Shown here: positions 48,816-60,129 of the stretch, piece by piece | Position numbering within the stretch: the stretch's first letter is position 1 | How the letters are laid out: every line of letters starts with the position of its first letter | Assembly: GCF_006345805.1 (NCBI RefSeq) | Contig: NC_043006.1 | Span: 15,066,001-15,130,000 of the forward strand | Length of the DNA stretch: 64,000 nt | DNA from: Octopus sinensis | Taxonomy: Eukaryota | Reading direction: 5' to 3' | The notes under the pieces: model-generated | Databases searched by the model: none | Seen by the model: only the letters and a program-made list of their open reading frames with translations | What the model was told of the DNA's origin: nothing | Made by a program: the position numbers and the translations under genes

Positions 48816-49317
48816 ACTAAACACTTTTAAACTTCGTATACTGGTAGAATGTGTTTATAAAACATCTTTATCTCTTGGCTTTATTGAGGAAATTCTACAG
48901 TTTGTAAGATATTTATTGTTTTTTTTTCTTCAATTCGGCAATTTCAACCAATCAATGACGTCTATTGAGGTAAAAAAACATTCTGTGTCGTATGAATATG
49001 TCTCTCGTTTAAGAAACAGATTGGGTTTATTTACATTTGTGAATAAAAAAAGATACCCTCCCCCACCCCTAACCAACCCTAACCCTAAAACAAATTGAAA
49101 TGCAATAGATCGATTCTAGGGTCATAATTATGGGTGACAATTTCATATAACATCGCTAGAAAAAACTGCCGTTCAAACCGAAAAGATCCGTATGTGTTAA
49201 TTCCCATGTGGGTACATGGAGTAAATAAAATCATAACATAATGAATTAAATATAAGAAACAATAATTTCTTAAAGTATGTGTTAGTCCTCATGTACCCAG
49301 ACTTTGTGGACACCCAG
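48504..49317. mobile_element. Tc1/mariner-type MITE hosting nested insertions
   Basis: 28-bp TIRs CGGGGTGTCCACGAAGTCTGGGTACATG / CATGTACCCAGACTTTGTGGACACCCAG; TA on the right flank, TG on the left. Confidence 0.75.
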
Positions 49318-50389
49318 TACAGAAAATGCTCGTCTCGCCGTGATAATCTTGTTTTTTTTTCCTTTTTAGGTTTGTCAAGAACTACGTTATTCAATGCTAC
49401 GTGACGCTATTCAAGTTTTGCTTTTTATCCAACAATTTTACTTTTTTGTTCCACTTTCACCTTTAATACCTTCGCCTTACGTCTACCTGCAATTGCTGCT
49501 AATTGGAAGGAAACAAACAATAAAGAGGTCAAAGCAACTAAAAATGCTGTAAAAGTTATTTACAAAAAAAGAAACTAACATTAATTATGGCATAAACATC
49601 GAAAGACTGCTATTTCTAAATGGTCAACCGTAGGGGGCTCACTTGTTCGCTGATGATGGCGGAGAATACAGTTCGTTTCCCAATGTTTAAAAAAATATTT
49701 TGGATCTTTTCGGTTTGAACGGCAGTTTTTTCTAGCGGTGTCATATGAAATTGTGACCCATAATTATGACCCTAGTATCGATCTATTGCATTTCAATCTG
49801 TTTTAGGGTTAGGGTTAGGAGTGGGGGAAAGGGTAGCTTTTTTTTCTTCACAAATGTAAATAAACCCCAATCTGTTTCTTAAACGAGGAACATATTCATA
49901 CGACACAGAATGTTTTTTTACCTTAATAGACGTCAGTGATTGGTTGAAATTGTAGAAATTGAAGAAAAAAACAACCACAAATATCTTACAAACTATAGAA
50001 TTTTCTCAATAAAGCCAAGAGAAAAAGATGTTTTAAAAACAAATTCTACCAGTATACGAAGTTTAAAAGTGTTTAGTTACCTAGAAATTATGTTAAAAAC
50101 TGCTGTTCAAACCGAAAAGATCAAAAAAATTTTTTTTCAGTGACGCCATCGAAATATTTTAGCCAACTATTTCGATGTGCCCCACTAAACGATATTATTA
50201 CCTCCTAGATTTCTGAAGGTATTTTGTTTTTAAATAACATTTTGCGGAAGAGTCTTTCGAAGATGTAGATCAGCAACGGACAAACTTTTTGGGAGGGGGA
50301 CCAGTTGCAAATGTTTTAAAGTTTTGCAGGTCACGAAAACAACAAAGAAGGAAACCGTAATTATACAAGGATATAGAAACATGTACTTT

Positions 50390-50447
50390 AATAATAATAA
50401 TAACAACAACAATAATAATAATAATCATGACAACAACAACAATAACA

Positions 50448-50485
<38 letters not shown>

Positions 50486-50545
50486 TACATATTTAAATCA
50501 GTTTACTATTAATTCCCAATTTGTTTAAATTACATTACATATTTA

Positions 50546-50591
<46 letters not shown>

Positions 50592-50612
50592 TAATAATAA
50601 TAATAATAATAA
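50390..50612. repeat. (AAT)n microsatellite tracts
   Basis: Seen directly. Confidence 0.9.
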
Positions 50613-50759
50613 TTTCTTTACTAACCACAAAGAGTTTACACCAAGAAAAACATTATGGGCAGTACAGGACAAAATAAAGAATGTGTGAGTGTGTGGGGGT
50701 TTTGCGTGTAAACAAGACTAACAAAATTTAAAAAAATTAGCAATATGTGATCCTCAATG

Positions 50760-51797
50760 GGGAGGAGCCGTTTCGAGGGCTGCTCATGGAAAATCCCCCA
50801 TAAAAACCATGTGTACCCTGATTTTTGGGGACGGTGCCTTTTTTCCTTCCTGTTTCTTTTTCAGCTGCAGGCGTATCCTCAGGGCAGGCCCGTTCACTTG
50901 CACCATTCTCGCCACTTTCAGCAAACTGGCTAGAAGGCAACACTTCTCTCTCTATCCCTATTTTCCTTTTCAAGTGAAACTTGAAGAAGTAGATCAGGGA
51001 TTGGCCAAAGAGAAAAATGTTTGTCTTCAGCCTCTTCAATCTTGTCCACTATACAACCTCTTTCGCCATGGCCACTGGGCATATAAACACAGCCTTGCCT
51101 TCGCGGTTAATGGAGGGCGGTGGGGCAATCTTCACGATGGACTCAGTTGACAACCGGGTCCGTCCTACATGCGACTGCAGGTGTTCGACATGAACCCACA
51201 GGTCAGCAATGCTCGGGCACTGGACGAGTGCACACAGGACCGTCTCGTCGTCCTGCGCGCATCTCGGATATGCTCGGCTGATGGGACTCCCGTACCTGTA
51301 AAGTTTATCTTGAACAGGCAAAGCTCCCCGGTAGCACTGCCAGGCCAGAAATTTTGGAAATTATTCATCAGTCCCGGACCGAAAGTTCTCCGAAAAGAGC
51401 GGTTAGCTGATCTTCGACACCCAAGGTCTCCCCAAGAACGTCATTGCATTTGCCCTCCACTAATCCTCTATAAAAAGCTAAAGTGGACGTTCGACCTATC
51501 ACAGTGTCCGATTGGCTGTGGGCTCTGAGCCCTTGAAGGCATTCCACTTTCTGAAAGCCCTCTCGCGGTCTCTGTTTCACCCAGGACTGCAGCTCTGTTA
51601 AAGAGCTGTGAAAATACGTGTCTGGCGAACAACACCTGTTCACCGTCAAGGAGACACTGGAGATGTAGTCTCAGTGCATGTATGTGAATCATCAGCCACG
51701 GCATGTCCAGGTCACCACGCAGTGGGTGTTGACAGCAGACAGACCGTCTGACCGTCGGGACGCGTCCCTTCAATAAGAAGCAGAAGAGTATACGCTC
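50760..51797 (-). mobile_element. Degenerate Tx1/L1-like LINE fragment, interrupted by the Gypsy and continuing at 56863-56930
   Basis: FYRGLVEGKCNDVLG, PVQDKLYRYG..PRC..ETVL..L.QCP; many stops and frameshifts. Confidence 0.75.
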
Positions 51798-52340
51798 TGT
51801 AACGTGAAAGGATCTATCATCGAAGCACTGGCAGGGTGTCGAGATCCTTTCTAGTCACATACAAAAATTCTTGTAGAAAACAAACAGACGAAACTCAGGT
51901 TAAAGGTGAACAGACAACTTGGTTTATTGATTCATGGTTGTACGTTGTCTGATGGGGGAATAGACAGCCTCTGATATACTGCTGGTGTTGGTCGTTGAGG
52001 TTGGTTGAAGTTGGTTGAAGTTGGTGTGTGGCTGTCAGAGCCAGGAAAACCGTGACCGATCGCAGTGCTGTCTTGAGCCGAAGAGAGATTTGAGGTTCGC
52101 GGGCTCGAGAGATGTTTTCCCGCACATGCGCATGGGGAAGACTTCCGGTGGCCACCCGAAGTAGTCCCATTCTGCGCATGCGCGCCGAACCCTACACAGT
52201 AGCATCACTACAGGGCTCCCCTCCGAGTGCGAAGTACGGCAACCAGAATTTGTGGTGGTGCTGCAGAAAACAGAAGGCTTGCCGATCCCCCAGAAGACTT
52301 GGTACATACTATTATACAATAAGAAACATTTTAAAGAAAG

Positions 52341-55103
52341 TTAAATGTAAATTGTTTTTGAAAGTTTCTTGGGCCAATGCACTGTTCTGCCCGATTTTGT
52401 AACATACGGTGTGCTCGGGGCACCCGTTGACGGCGAGGGTGGTGTTGTAGGAGCCGGTGAAGGTGTTTGTGCAGGTGAAGGCGTTTGTGCAGGTGAAGGC
52501 GCTTGTGCAGGTGAAGGCGTTTGTGCAGGTGAAAGTGTTGTTAAAGGTGCATAGGTGGGTGTGTCAAGGTTGTCATCAAAAGATGAAGACGTCTCAAAAT
52601 GTGCCTTTTTTAAACGGTCCACGGAAACGGTCTCCGAACGACCATTTATCTCAATCGTGAAAACCTTTGGTGTGCGAGAAAGCACACGAAAAGGTCCTTT
52701 ATAGGGAGAAACAAGTGGGCCCTTCACAGAATCGTCCCGAACAAAAACATGCGACCAGGTGTTCATATCCGGTGGAAGATGGGACGGTGGAGATTGCTTT
52801 CTGGGAAGCATGGGCGGAAGGTTTGAAAAATATTCCCGCAGTCTGGTGACATAGGTCGCCGGATCATGGGGCGGGGAAGTGTCTGGCACCAACATCGTAC
52901 CGGGCAATGCCAGTGTGGTACCATACAGCAGCTCTGCAGCAGAAAACCCCAGGTCTGCCTTGACAGCAGTCCGACAGCCGAGAAGCACAATGGGCAGAAA
53001 TTCGATCCAGGACTGTGGGTCCGAAGAGGCACGAAGAGCGGCCTTGAGCTGTCTATGGAACCGCTCAACCAATCCATTAGACGCTGGATGGTAGCTTGTG
53101 GTGTGGATATGGTGCATACCCAAAATTCGCGACAATTCGCGAAATAGCGAGGCCTCAAACTGTCGTCCACGATCAGTTGTCAATCGGGACGGGACTCCGA
53201 AGCGAGAAATCCAGTTTGAAACGAAAGCTCGCGCAACAGTCTCAGCAGAAATGTCTGCTATCGGAATGGCTTCTGGCCAGCGGGAGAAACGATCGACACA
53301 AGTTAATAGATAAGAGAACCCGCGACTCACAGGCCATGGTCCAACCAGATCGATGTGGACATGGCGAAAACGGGCCTCCGTGGGGGGAAATTGTCCAAGC
53401 GGGGCACGAACGTGCCGTTGAATCTTGGATCGTTGACACTTGGAGCAGGTGCGTGTCCAACAAGTAATTGTGCGACGCATATTCGGCCAGAAAAACCGAG
53501 CAGTGATTAGTTTGAGGGTGGCAGCGATGCCAGGATGTGATAAGGAGTGCAGTGCTTCAAACACTGAGCGTTGATGGGTCTCAGGCACCAGTGGCCTGGG
53601 AGATCCAGTTGAAGTGTCACAAAGAATGGTGCCTTCGGCTGACGGAAGCGGAAGGTAGGAAAACTGGCAACAGGAGAACTTGGGAGAAGTTAAATCTAAC
53701 GACGCCAAAGGTGGCTGCTCCTGCGATATGGCAGCTAAGTCGATAGCAGCAGGAGACGAAAGGGCGCAAACTGGAAGGCGAGAGAGAGCGTCAGCAGGAA
53801 CGTTCTCTTTTCCAGGTATGTGTCGAATGTTGCTAGTAAATTGAGAGATAAAATCCAGGTGCCGAAAAGCACGGGGTGAGAGTTTGTCCGTTTTTGAAAA
53901 CAGGGCAAACGTAAGGGGCTTGTGATCCGTATAGATCACAAAATCTCGCCCTTCAAGTTGATGCTGGAAATGACGAACCGATAGATAGATCGCTAGGAGC
54001 TCACGATCAAAGGTGCTGTATCGTCGTTCAGCTGGTTGCAGTTGACGGGAAAAGAAGGCTAGAGGTCGAACATGGTCATCCACTGTGTGTTGTAACACAG
54101 CGCCAATCGCAGTGTCCGATGCGTCCACAGTCAAAGAGAGAGAAGCACCAGGAACTGGATGTGCAAGCAAAGAAACAGAAGCCAGCTCCTTCTTAATGGA
54201 CTCAAAGGCTGTCACTGCCTCAACAGAGAGGGTGACTTGACTGTCCTTTCTAGGAGAGTCCTTTAACAGCCTGGTGAGAGGTAGCAGCTTATCTGCACAA
54301 CCGGGAATGAAGCGTCGGTAGAAATTGACCATCCCTAGATAATGCCTGAGCTGGCGCAAGGAAGTGGGGGGTGCGATGCGTTGAATGGCATCGACTTTTG
54401 ACGAGAGGGGGCTGATTCCAGTCGAATCAATATGATGCCCTAGAAAATCTAGGGAAGAGCGTCCGAAAACACACTTGTCGGGGTTTATGCGTATGCTATA
54501 CGCGCGAAGACGCTGGAAGAGTTGAGAAAGGTGCCGGAGATGATTTTCTCGTGTGTCGCTCGCAATGAGTATGTCATCGACATAGGCAAACACAAAATCA
54601 AGACCGCGGACAACCTCATCAATGAAACGCTGGAAGGTGCTAGTAGCATTCCGCAAACCGAAACTCATGTACAAAAACTCAAAACACCCAAACGGGGTAG
54701 TGATTGCAGTTTTTGGAACGTCGGCTGGGTTGACCGGTATTTGGTGGTAAGCGCGTATCAGATCGACCTTCGAAAAAATGGTACAACCATGGAGATTTGC
54801 TGTAAAGTCCCGGAGATTTCTAATCGGATAGCGATCGGCTATTGTGACGGCATTGAGGCGTCGATAGTCTCCAACCGGGCGAAAATCAGACTCGCCCTTT
54901 CGCGCCAAATGAAGGGGAGATGCCCATGGGCTGGTGGAGGGGCGTATAAGGCCAAGTTGAAGCATGTGCTCAAACTCGGCTCTGGCCGTTTTAAGTCGGT
55001 CTGGCGCTAGGCGCCGGGGGCGTGAGAATACAGGTGGCCCATTGGTGGTGATGAAATGGAGGGTCGAGTGGGTAGGATTTTCCGGTTTAAAGGCAATGTC
55101 CAC
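52341..55103 (-). CDS. Gypsy pol: RT (YVDD), RNase H, integrase (HHCC, D-D-E, GPY/F), Pro-rich tail
   Basis: 920-aa ORF with [55 protein letters not shown]. No env or chromodomain seen. Confidence 0.96.
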   Translation of the reverse strand: MDIAFKPENPTHSTLHFITTNGPPVFSRPRRLAPDRLKTARAEFEHMLQLGLIRPSTSPWASPLHLARKGESDFRPVGDYRRLNAVTIADRYPIRNLRDFTANLHGCTIFSKVDLIRAYHQIPVNPADVPKTAITTPFGCFEFLYMSFGLRNATSTFQRFIDEVVRGLDFVFAYVDDILIASDTRENHLRHLSQLFQRLRAYSIRINPDKCVFGRSSLDFLGHHIDSTGISPLSSKVDAIQRIAPPTSLRQLRHYLGMVNFYRRFIPGCADKLLPLTRLLKDSPRKDSQVTLSVEAVTAFESIKKELASVSLLAHPVPGASLSLTVDASDTAIGAVLQHTVDDHVRPLAFFSRQLQPAERRYSTFDRELLAIYLSVRHFQHQLEGRDFVIYTDHKPLTFALFSKTDKLSPRAFRHLDFISQFTSNIRHIPGKENVPADALSRLPVCALSSPAAIDLAAISQEQPPLASLDLTSPKFSCCQFSYLPLPSAEGTILCDTSTGSPRPLVPETHQRSVFEALHSLSHPGIAATLKLITARFFWPNMRRTITCWTRTCSKCQRSKIQRHVRAPLGQFPPTEARFRHVHIDLVGPWPVSRGFSYLLTCVDRFSRWPEAIPIADISAETVARAFVSNWISRFGVPSRLTTDRGRQFEASLFRELSRILGMHHIHTTSYHPASNGLVERFHRQLKAALRASSDPQSWIEFLPIVLLGCRTAVKADLGFSAAELLYGTTLALPGTMLVPDTSPPHDPATYVTRLREYFSNLPPMLPRKQSPPSHLPPDMNTWSHVFVRDDSVKGPLVSPYKGPFRVLSRTPKVFTIEINGRSETVSVDRLKKAHFETSSSFDDNLDTPTYAPLTTLSPAQTPSPAQAPSPAQTPSPAQTPSPAPTTPPSPSTGAPSTPYVTKSGRTVHWPKKLSKTIYI

Positions 55104-55618
55104 TAGCTCCGGAAATGAAACAAAAGAGAGTGAAAAGGGTCTCCAGAGGTGGCAACAAAGAATGTCGGGCTAAGGACCGCAGTGGTGGAACTCCCAGTCG
55201 GTGTAGAGAGCGACGTCGTGCTATCAAGAAGCCTCCGACGCCTGACATCCACCAATAGGTTAAACCTATCCAGGAAATCAGCGCCGAGAATAGGATGTGG
55301 GATGTCAGCGATGACGAAAACCCATCGAAAGTCTCGACGAAGGTTGAGGTTGAGGCGCAGCGAAATCTGACCGTAAGTGGTTATGGGAGACGAGTCAATA
55401 GCATGCAAGACAATCGAAGAGCGCTTCGGCTTGTCTGCAGCCAGACGAAGGGGCCAGATGCTGCAACAGGAGCCGGTGTCTACCATGAAGAATGTCTTCG
55501 ACACCAGATCTTTTACATAGAATGCACGATGTTTGGGAAACGAGATGGAAGAAGGTGACGTGCTCACCTCCTCCGGATTTAGTTTTCCGAGGGCTTGAAA
55601 GTGCACGGCTGGGTACAC
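55103..55618 (-). CDS. Gypsy aspartic protease portion of pol
   Basis: [10 protein letters not shown] catalytic motif and ILGADFL. The frame ends one base out of register with the RT ORF. Confidence 0.9.
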   Translation of the reverse strand: MYPAVHFQALGKLNPEEVSTSPSSISFPKHRAFYVKDLVSKTFFMVDTGSCCSIWPLRLAADKPKRSSIVLHAIDSSPITTYGQISLRLNLNLRRDFRWVFVIADIPHPILGADFLDRFNLLVDVRRRRLLDSTTSLSTPTGSSTTAVLSPTFFVATSGDPFHSLLFHFRS

Positions 55619-56061
55619 CGATCTGCCCTTTTGGTAGAGCGACTACGACTGCGTTGTCGGCGCTCGATCGCACGGGATAGATCGTCGATTCGCCGCGTGA
55701 GCGCATCAATCCGCTCGGCTAGTGAAATTTTCGCAGGGCCCCCTATACATGCACAGAGGCCTCGCGATGGAGATGGATTCGGAAATTCCAGTATTCCATC
55801 GGCCATCGTGGCAATCTGAATATTGCTCTCCCCCGAACGTGTGTTGCGGCGGAGGATTTCTGCTTTCACAGACGCGTATGTGGCATCCGGGTGGGGACTT
55901 ATTATTAGATCCCTGATCGATGCGGCGAGTCGGGGATGTAAGCCGGAATATAGCAGGTGCAACTGCTGCTGTGGAGAAATGGCATGTGCATCAAAATACC
56001 ACTCCACTTGGGCAAACCACAGGCCCATATCCCCCGTAAATGAAGGCAAACCTGAAGCCAT
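55579..56061 (-). CDS. Gypsy gag-like ORF (short, 160 aa)
   Basis: Follows the PBS/leader; LWFAQVE..F motif and RSRSR basic tract; overlaps the protease frame at G GAA AAC TAA (-1 frameshift-like). Confidence 0.8.
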   Translation of the reverse strand: MASGLPSFTGDMGLWFAQVEWYFDAHAISPQQQLHLLYSGLHPRLAASIRDLIISPHPDATYASVKAEILRRNTRSGESNIQIATMADGILEFPNPSPSRGLCACIGGPAKISLAERIDALTRRIDDLSRAIERRQRSRSRSTKRADRCTQPCTFKPSEN

Positions 56062-56430
56062 GCCTTTGTCGGAAGGAATCTGTGAGAAGGGGGCAGAAGG
56101 TATGGTCTAGAAGTGGAGAGAGAACACGTGGAACCGAGAAGGCAATTCAAAATTGTGTTTGTGTGTGCACCTCGTGGGTAGCAAAAAAAGGAATAGGTGT
56201 GTACAAGGAAAACAAAATACAGAAAAGGAAAAAAAATGAATGTGTGTGTGTTTTCTTTTTTCTTTGTTTTTTTTTTTTTTGTACTGTGTGCGATGAATAA
56301 GGCTATTTGACCCACCTCGCCGTGCTGAAAAGGAGAAAATAGGAAAATAAATGTGAATTTCCGCGCTCTTCGGCCCCAAAAAAAAACCTGTTCGCTGTGT
56401 CTTTTTCTATCCTGTTCTTTTTCTCAACTA

Positions 56431-56440
56431 GGGGTCACCA
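56431..56440 (-). promoter_or_regulatory. Primer-binding site, tRNA-Trp type
   Basis: TGGTGACCCC 2 nt inside the 5' LTR is complementary to the 3' end (GGGGUCACCA) of metazoan tRNA-Trp. Confidence 0.75.
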
Positions 56441-56959
56441 ATTGTAACGTGAAAGGATCTATCATCGAAGCACTGGCAGGGTGTCGAGATCCTTTCTAGT
56501 CACATACAAAAATTCTTGTAGAAAACAAACAGACGAAACTCAGGTTAAAGGTGAACAGACAACTTGGTTTATTGATTCATGGTTGTACGTTGTCTGATGG
56601 GGGAATAGACAGCCTCTGATATACTGCTGGTGTTGGTCGTTGAGGTTGGTTGAAGTTGGTTGAAGTTGGTGTGTGGCTGTCAGAGCCAGGAAAACCGTGA
56701 CCGATCGCAGTGCTGTCTTGAGCCGAAGAGAGATTTGAGGTTCGCGGGCTCGAGAGATGTTTTCCCGCACATGCGCATGGGGAAGACTTCCGGTGGCCAC
56801 CCGGAAGTAGTCCCATTCTGCGCATGCGCGCCGAACCCTACACAGTAGCATCACTACAGCTCCAACGTAATACGGTCAAGCAGTAGAAAATGACAGACGT
56901 GATGTATGCGTTAGCCATCTTTGTTCGACATTTTTTTTCTTTCTTTCCTGCCTTTAACC

Positions 56960-57370
56960 CTCCAACGCAGAGTATAGGCCACTTATAATTGAATTCCATG
57001 TCGCATAATTTTTCGCTTCTGTACTTATACTCTGCCATGAATGTCCTCCTTTCTCTAGTTCATTTTGTGTTGATCTACGCCACGAATTCTTAAGCCTACC
57101 TCTCTTTCTATATCCATCCGGATTCCACTGTAAAGCATTTTTAGCTACATTTGGTGTTTCTTTTCTAATTGTGCTACCAATCCACTTCCACTTTTTCTTA
57201 AATATTTGCTCCCTAATCGAGACTTCATTTGTTCTTTGCCATAGCTCCATATTGCTTGTGTGTTCGGGTCATCTAATTTTAAGTATACTACACAAGCATC
57301 TGTTGATGAATGATTGTATTTGCTTATTTGACTTAACTGTTGTTCGCCATGTCTCGACCTATAATTTGCT
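56960..57370 (-). mobile_element. RTE LINE 3' fragment
   Basis: KKKWKWIGSTIRK...ALQWNPDGYRKRGRLKNSWRRS. Confidence 0.8.
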
Positions 57371-57405
57371 CGACCTATAATAATAATAATAATAATAACA
57401 ATAAT

Positions 57406-57800
57406 GGATGGAAGCACTCCGTCAGTTACGACGACGAGGGTTCCGGTTGATCCGAATCAACGGAACAGCCTGCTCGTGAAATTAACGCGTAAGTGGCTGA
57501 GCACTCCACAGACACGTACACGTGTACCCTTAACGTAGTTCTCGGGGATATTCAGCGTAACACAGAGAGTGACAAGGCCGGTCCCTTGAAATACAGGTAC
57601 AACAGAAACAGGAAGTAAGAGTGAGAGAAAGTTGTGGTGAAAGAGTACAACAGGGATCACCACCATCCCCTGTCGGAGCCTCGTGGAGCTTTTAGGTGTT
57701 TTCGCTCAATAAACACTCACAACGCCCGGTCTGGGAATCGAAACCGCGATCCTATGACCGTGAGTCCGCTGCCCTAACCACTGGACCATTGCGCCTCCAC
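57406..57800 (-). mobile_element. tRNA-derived SINE family E with 13-bp TSD
   Basis: Head GTGGAGGCGCAATGGTCCAGTGG...GGTTTCGATTCC; TSD TAATAACAATAAT at 57393-57405 and 57801-57813. Confidence 0.85.
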
Positions 57801-57821
57801 TAATAACAATAATAATAATAC

Positions 57822-59420
57822 AGGAAACAACGTTGGAGTATGATCTGGGAAGTGTTAAGGGAAAACTGAGCCATTTGCTGTTCATAGACGACCTGAAGCT
57901 ATTCACAAAAACTGAGACAGAACTGGACAACCTAGTCGAGTCGGTGCGGATTTTCTCTAATGATATTAAGATGGAGTTTGGGCTCTCAAAATGTGCCACG
58001 ATGGTGATGAGGCGAGGAAAGCTTGTCAAGGTAAAAGGCATATGATTGCCAAGTGATGAGATGATGAAGGAAATTCAACCTCAATCCAGCTATAAATACC
58101 GGCGAATGCTTGAGGCAGATGGAGTCAAACACAATGACATGAACAAAAAGACAGAAAGGGAGTACCTGTTGTAAGTAAAAAAAATACTGGCTTCAAAGCT
58201 GAATGCTAGAAATATAATTTCGGCAATAAACTCGCGCGCAGTCGCAGTAGTTCGGTATGGCGCTGGAACCCTGAAATGGACAGAGGAGGAGCTAAAGGAG
58301 ATGGACAGGAAGTCAAGAAAGCTCCTAACGATGCATGGAGCCCATCATCGACGTGCAGACACTGATTGCCTATACATGAAGAGAGCAAATGGAGGCAGAT
58401 GACTGATAAGTATGGAAGACTGCGTGCGTATCGAACTCGAGAGTTTAATGAGATACCAAGCCCAAAGTAAGGAAATTTTGCTAGTCACAGTTAGGAACGA
58501 GGGAGTATTGAAAGCAGAGAAAAAATGAAAAGCAAAAGAAGTACAAAAGGGACATGAAGAAGAATTATGCAAGAAGGGACTACATAATCAATTCCATTGT
58601 AGCCACATCAGAAGGTGCTGGAAAAATAGGTGGGATTGGATGATGAAAGGAACCTTAAAAGAGACCGAGAGCATTGTACTGGCATCGCTAGAGCAAGCTT
58701 TGACCACAAATTGGAGGGTCAACTTGAGGAATGAGGAAGTGTTTCCGCTGTGCCGCATCTGCAAAAGAGTAGATGAAACCATTGCCCGTATCACGAACGA
58801 ATGCCCTAAACTTATACAAAACCATTGCAAGTTGTGGTGACACGATGAAGTAGCGGAGGTGCTACATTGGAGGCTGCGAAAAGTGGGGGCTAGAGGGAGG
58901 CAAGACATGGTATGAGCATTAACCGCAGAGAGTGGCGGAGTCGGAGACTAGCAAAACCCTCAGGGATTTCCCAATCCAAACAGATCAGGTGCTAGGGCAT
59001 AACAAACCGGAACTAAGGGTTGGTGGACATGGTGTACCACATATACAGTTGATGTTGCATACCCATTTGGCCCACAAATTGTCAAACAGGAAGGCGGAAA
59101 GATAGATAAATACAACCCTCTTAAGTACGAAATAGCGCGGCTATGGAAAATGAAGAAGATGAAGATAGTGCCAATTATTGTTGGGTCCCTGAGAACAGTA
59201 TCAGAAGGCATCAAGAGGAATATAAAGGAAACTGGAATAGAGTTCCCAGTAGAACTGTTACAAAAGGTTCGCCTCTTTGCCACGGCCAGAATAATCAGGA
59301 AAGTATTAGATAGCTGAAAAGAATGGATAGCATGGTACCGTAGGCTGCAGGTAGCAAGCCCGCTACGCATGCAAGACTCCAGGAGCTCCAATAAGACCTG
59401 TGCTAAGGAGAAAAAATAAT
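57822..59420 (+). mobile_element. 5'-truncated R4/Dong-like non-LTR retrotransposon (RT, zinc knuckle, restriction-like endonuclease), degenerate
   Basis: HLLFIDDLKLF, FGLSKCA, CRICK..ETIARITNEC, DFPIQTD..HNKPE, KIDKYNPLKYEIARLW, VPIIVGSL; multiple stops. Confidence 0.8.
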
Positions 59421-59914
59421 GAAATAAAATAAACAGAATTACCTCGGGAGATCGCGGAAGTAAATATAACCAGCTTTAACCATAATCTAATAACCTCTTA
59501 CCTGGTCATTAAGTCCTCATATCCTTCACGATAATCTGTTTTCTTTTTTCCTTTTTACCTTTACTTGATTCAGCCATTAGACTGCGGCCATACTGGGGCA
59601 CCGCCTTGAAGAATTTTTTGCCGAACTTATCGACCCCAGTACTTATTTTCATTTGAAGCTTGGTACTTATTCTATCGGTTTGTTTCGCTGAACTGCTAAG
59701 TTACGCGGACGTAAACACACCAACACCGGTTGTCAAGCAGTGGTGGCGGACATGCACACGCATACTCTCTCTCTCTCTCTCTTTCTTTCTCTCTCTCTCT
59801 CTCCCTCCCCCTCTCTCTCCCTCTTTCTTTCTTTCTCTCTCTCCCTCCCTCCCTATCTCTCTCTCTCCCTCCCTCTCCCTCTCTCTCTTTCTTTCTCTCT
59901 CTCTTTCTCCCTCC

Positions 59915-59949
<35 letters not shown>

Positions 59950-60129
59950 TATAGAAGTTCTGATTGTTTTCTGTCACGCTAAGCCATTCTTAAGAAAATG
60001 TGACCCAACAGTTATATGAGATCGCGTAAGTTGAAAACATCCTAGATAAATGCATTAAAATAATGTTGCTTCTGTTTTGTTGATTCCTCTTCTATCGTTC
60101 TGATACTGACCTTCAATTTATTGTCATGA

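Larger units (their letters stand above)
51798..56858 (-). mobile_element. Ty3/Gypsy LTR retrotransposon, full-length and very recent
   Basis: TG...CA LTRs 51798-52212 (415 bp) and 56443-56858 (416 bp) differ by one indel. 4-bp TSD GCTC (51794-97 / 56859-62), PBS TGGTGACCCC, PPT GGAGGGGAG, order gag-PR-RT-RH-IN. Confidence 0.97.

Noticed and set aside
54522-55010. 162-aa and other + strand ORFs antisense to Gypsy pol
   Set aside because: Expected shadow ORFs of a GC-richer coding strand; no motifs.
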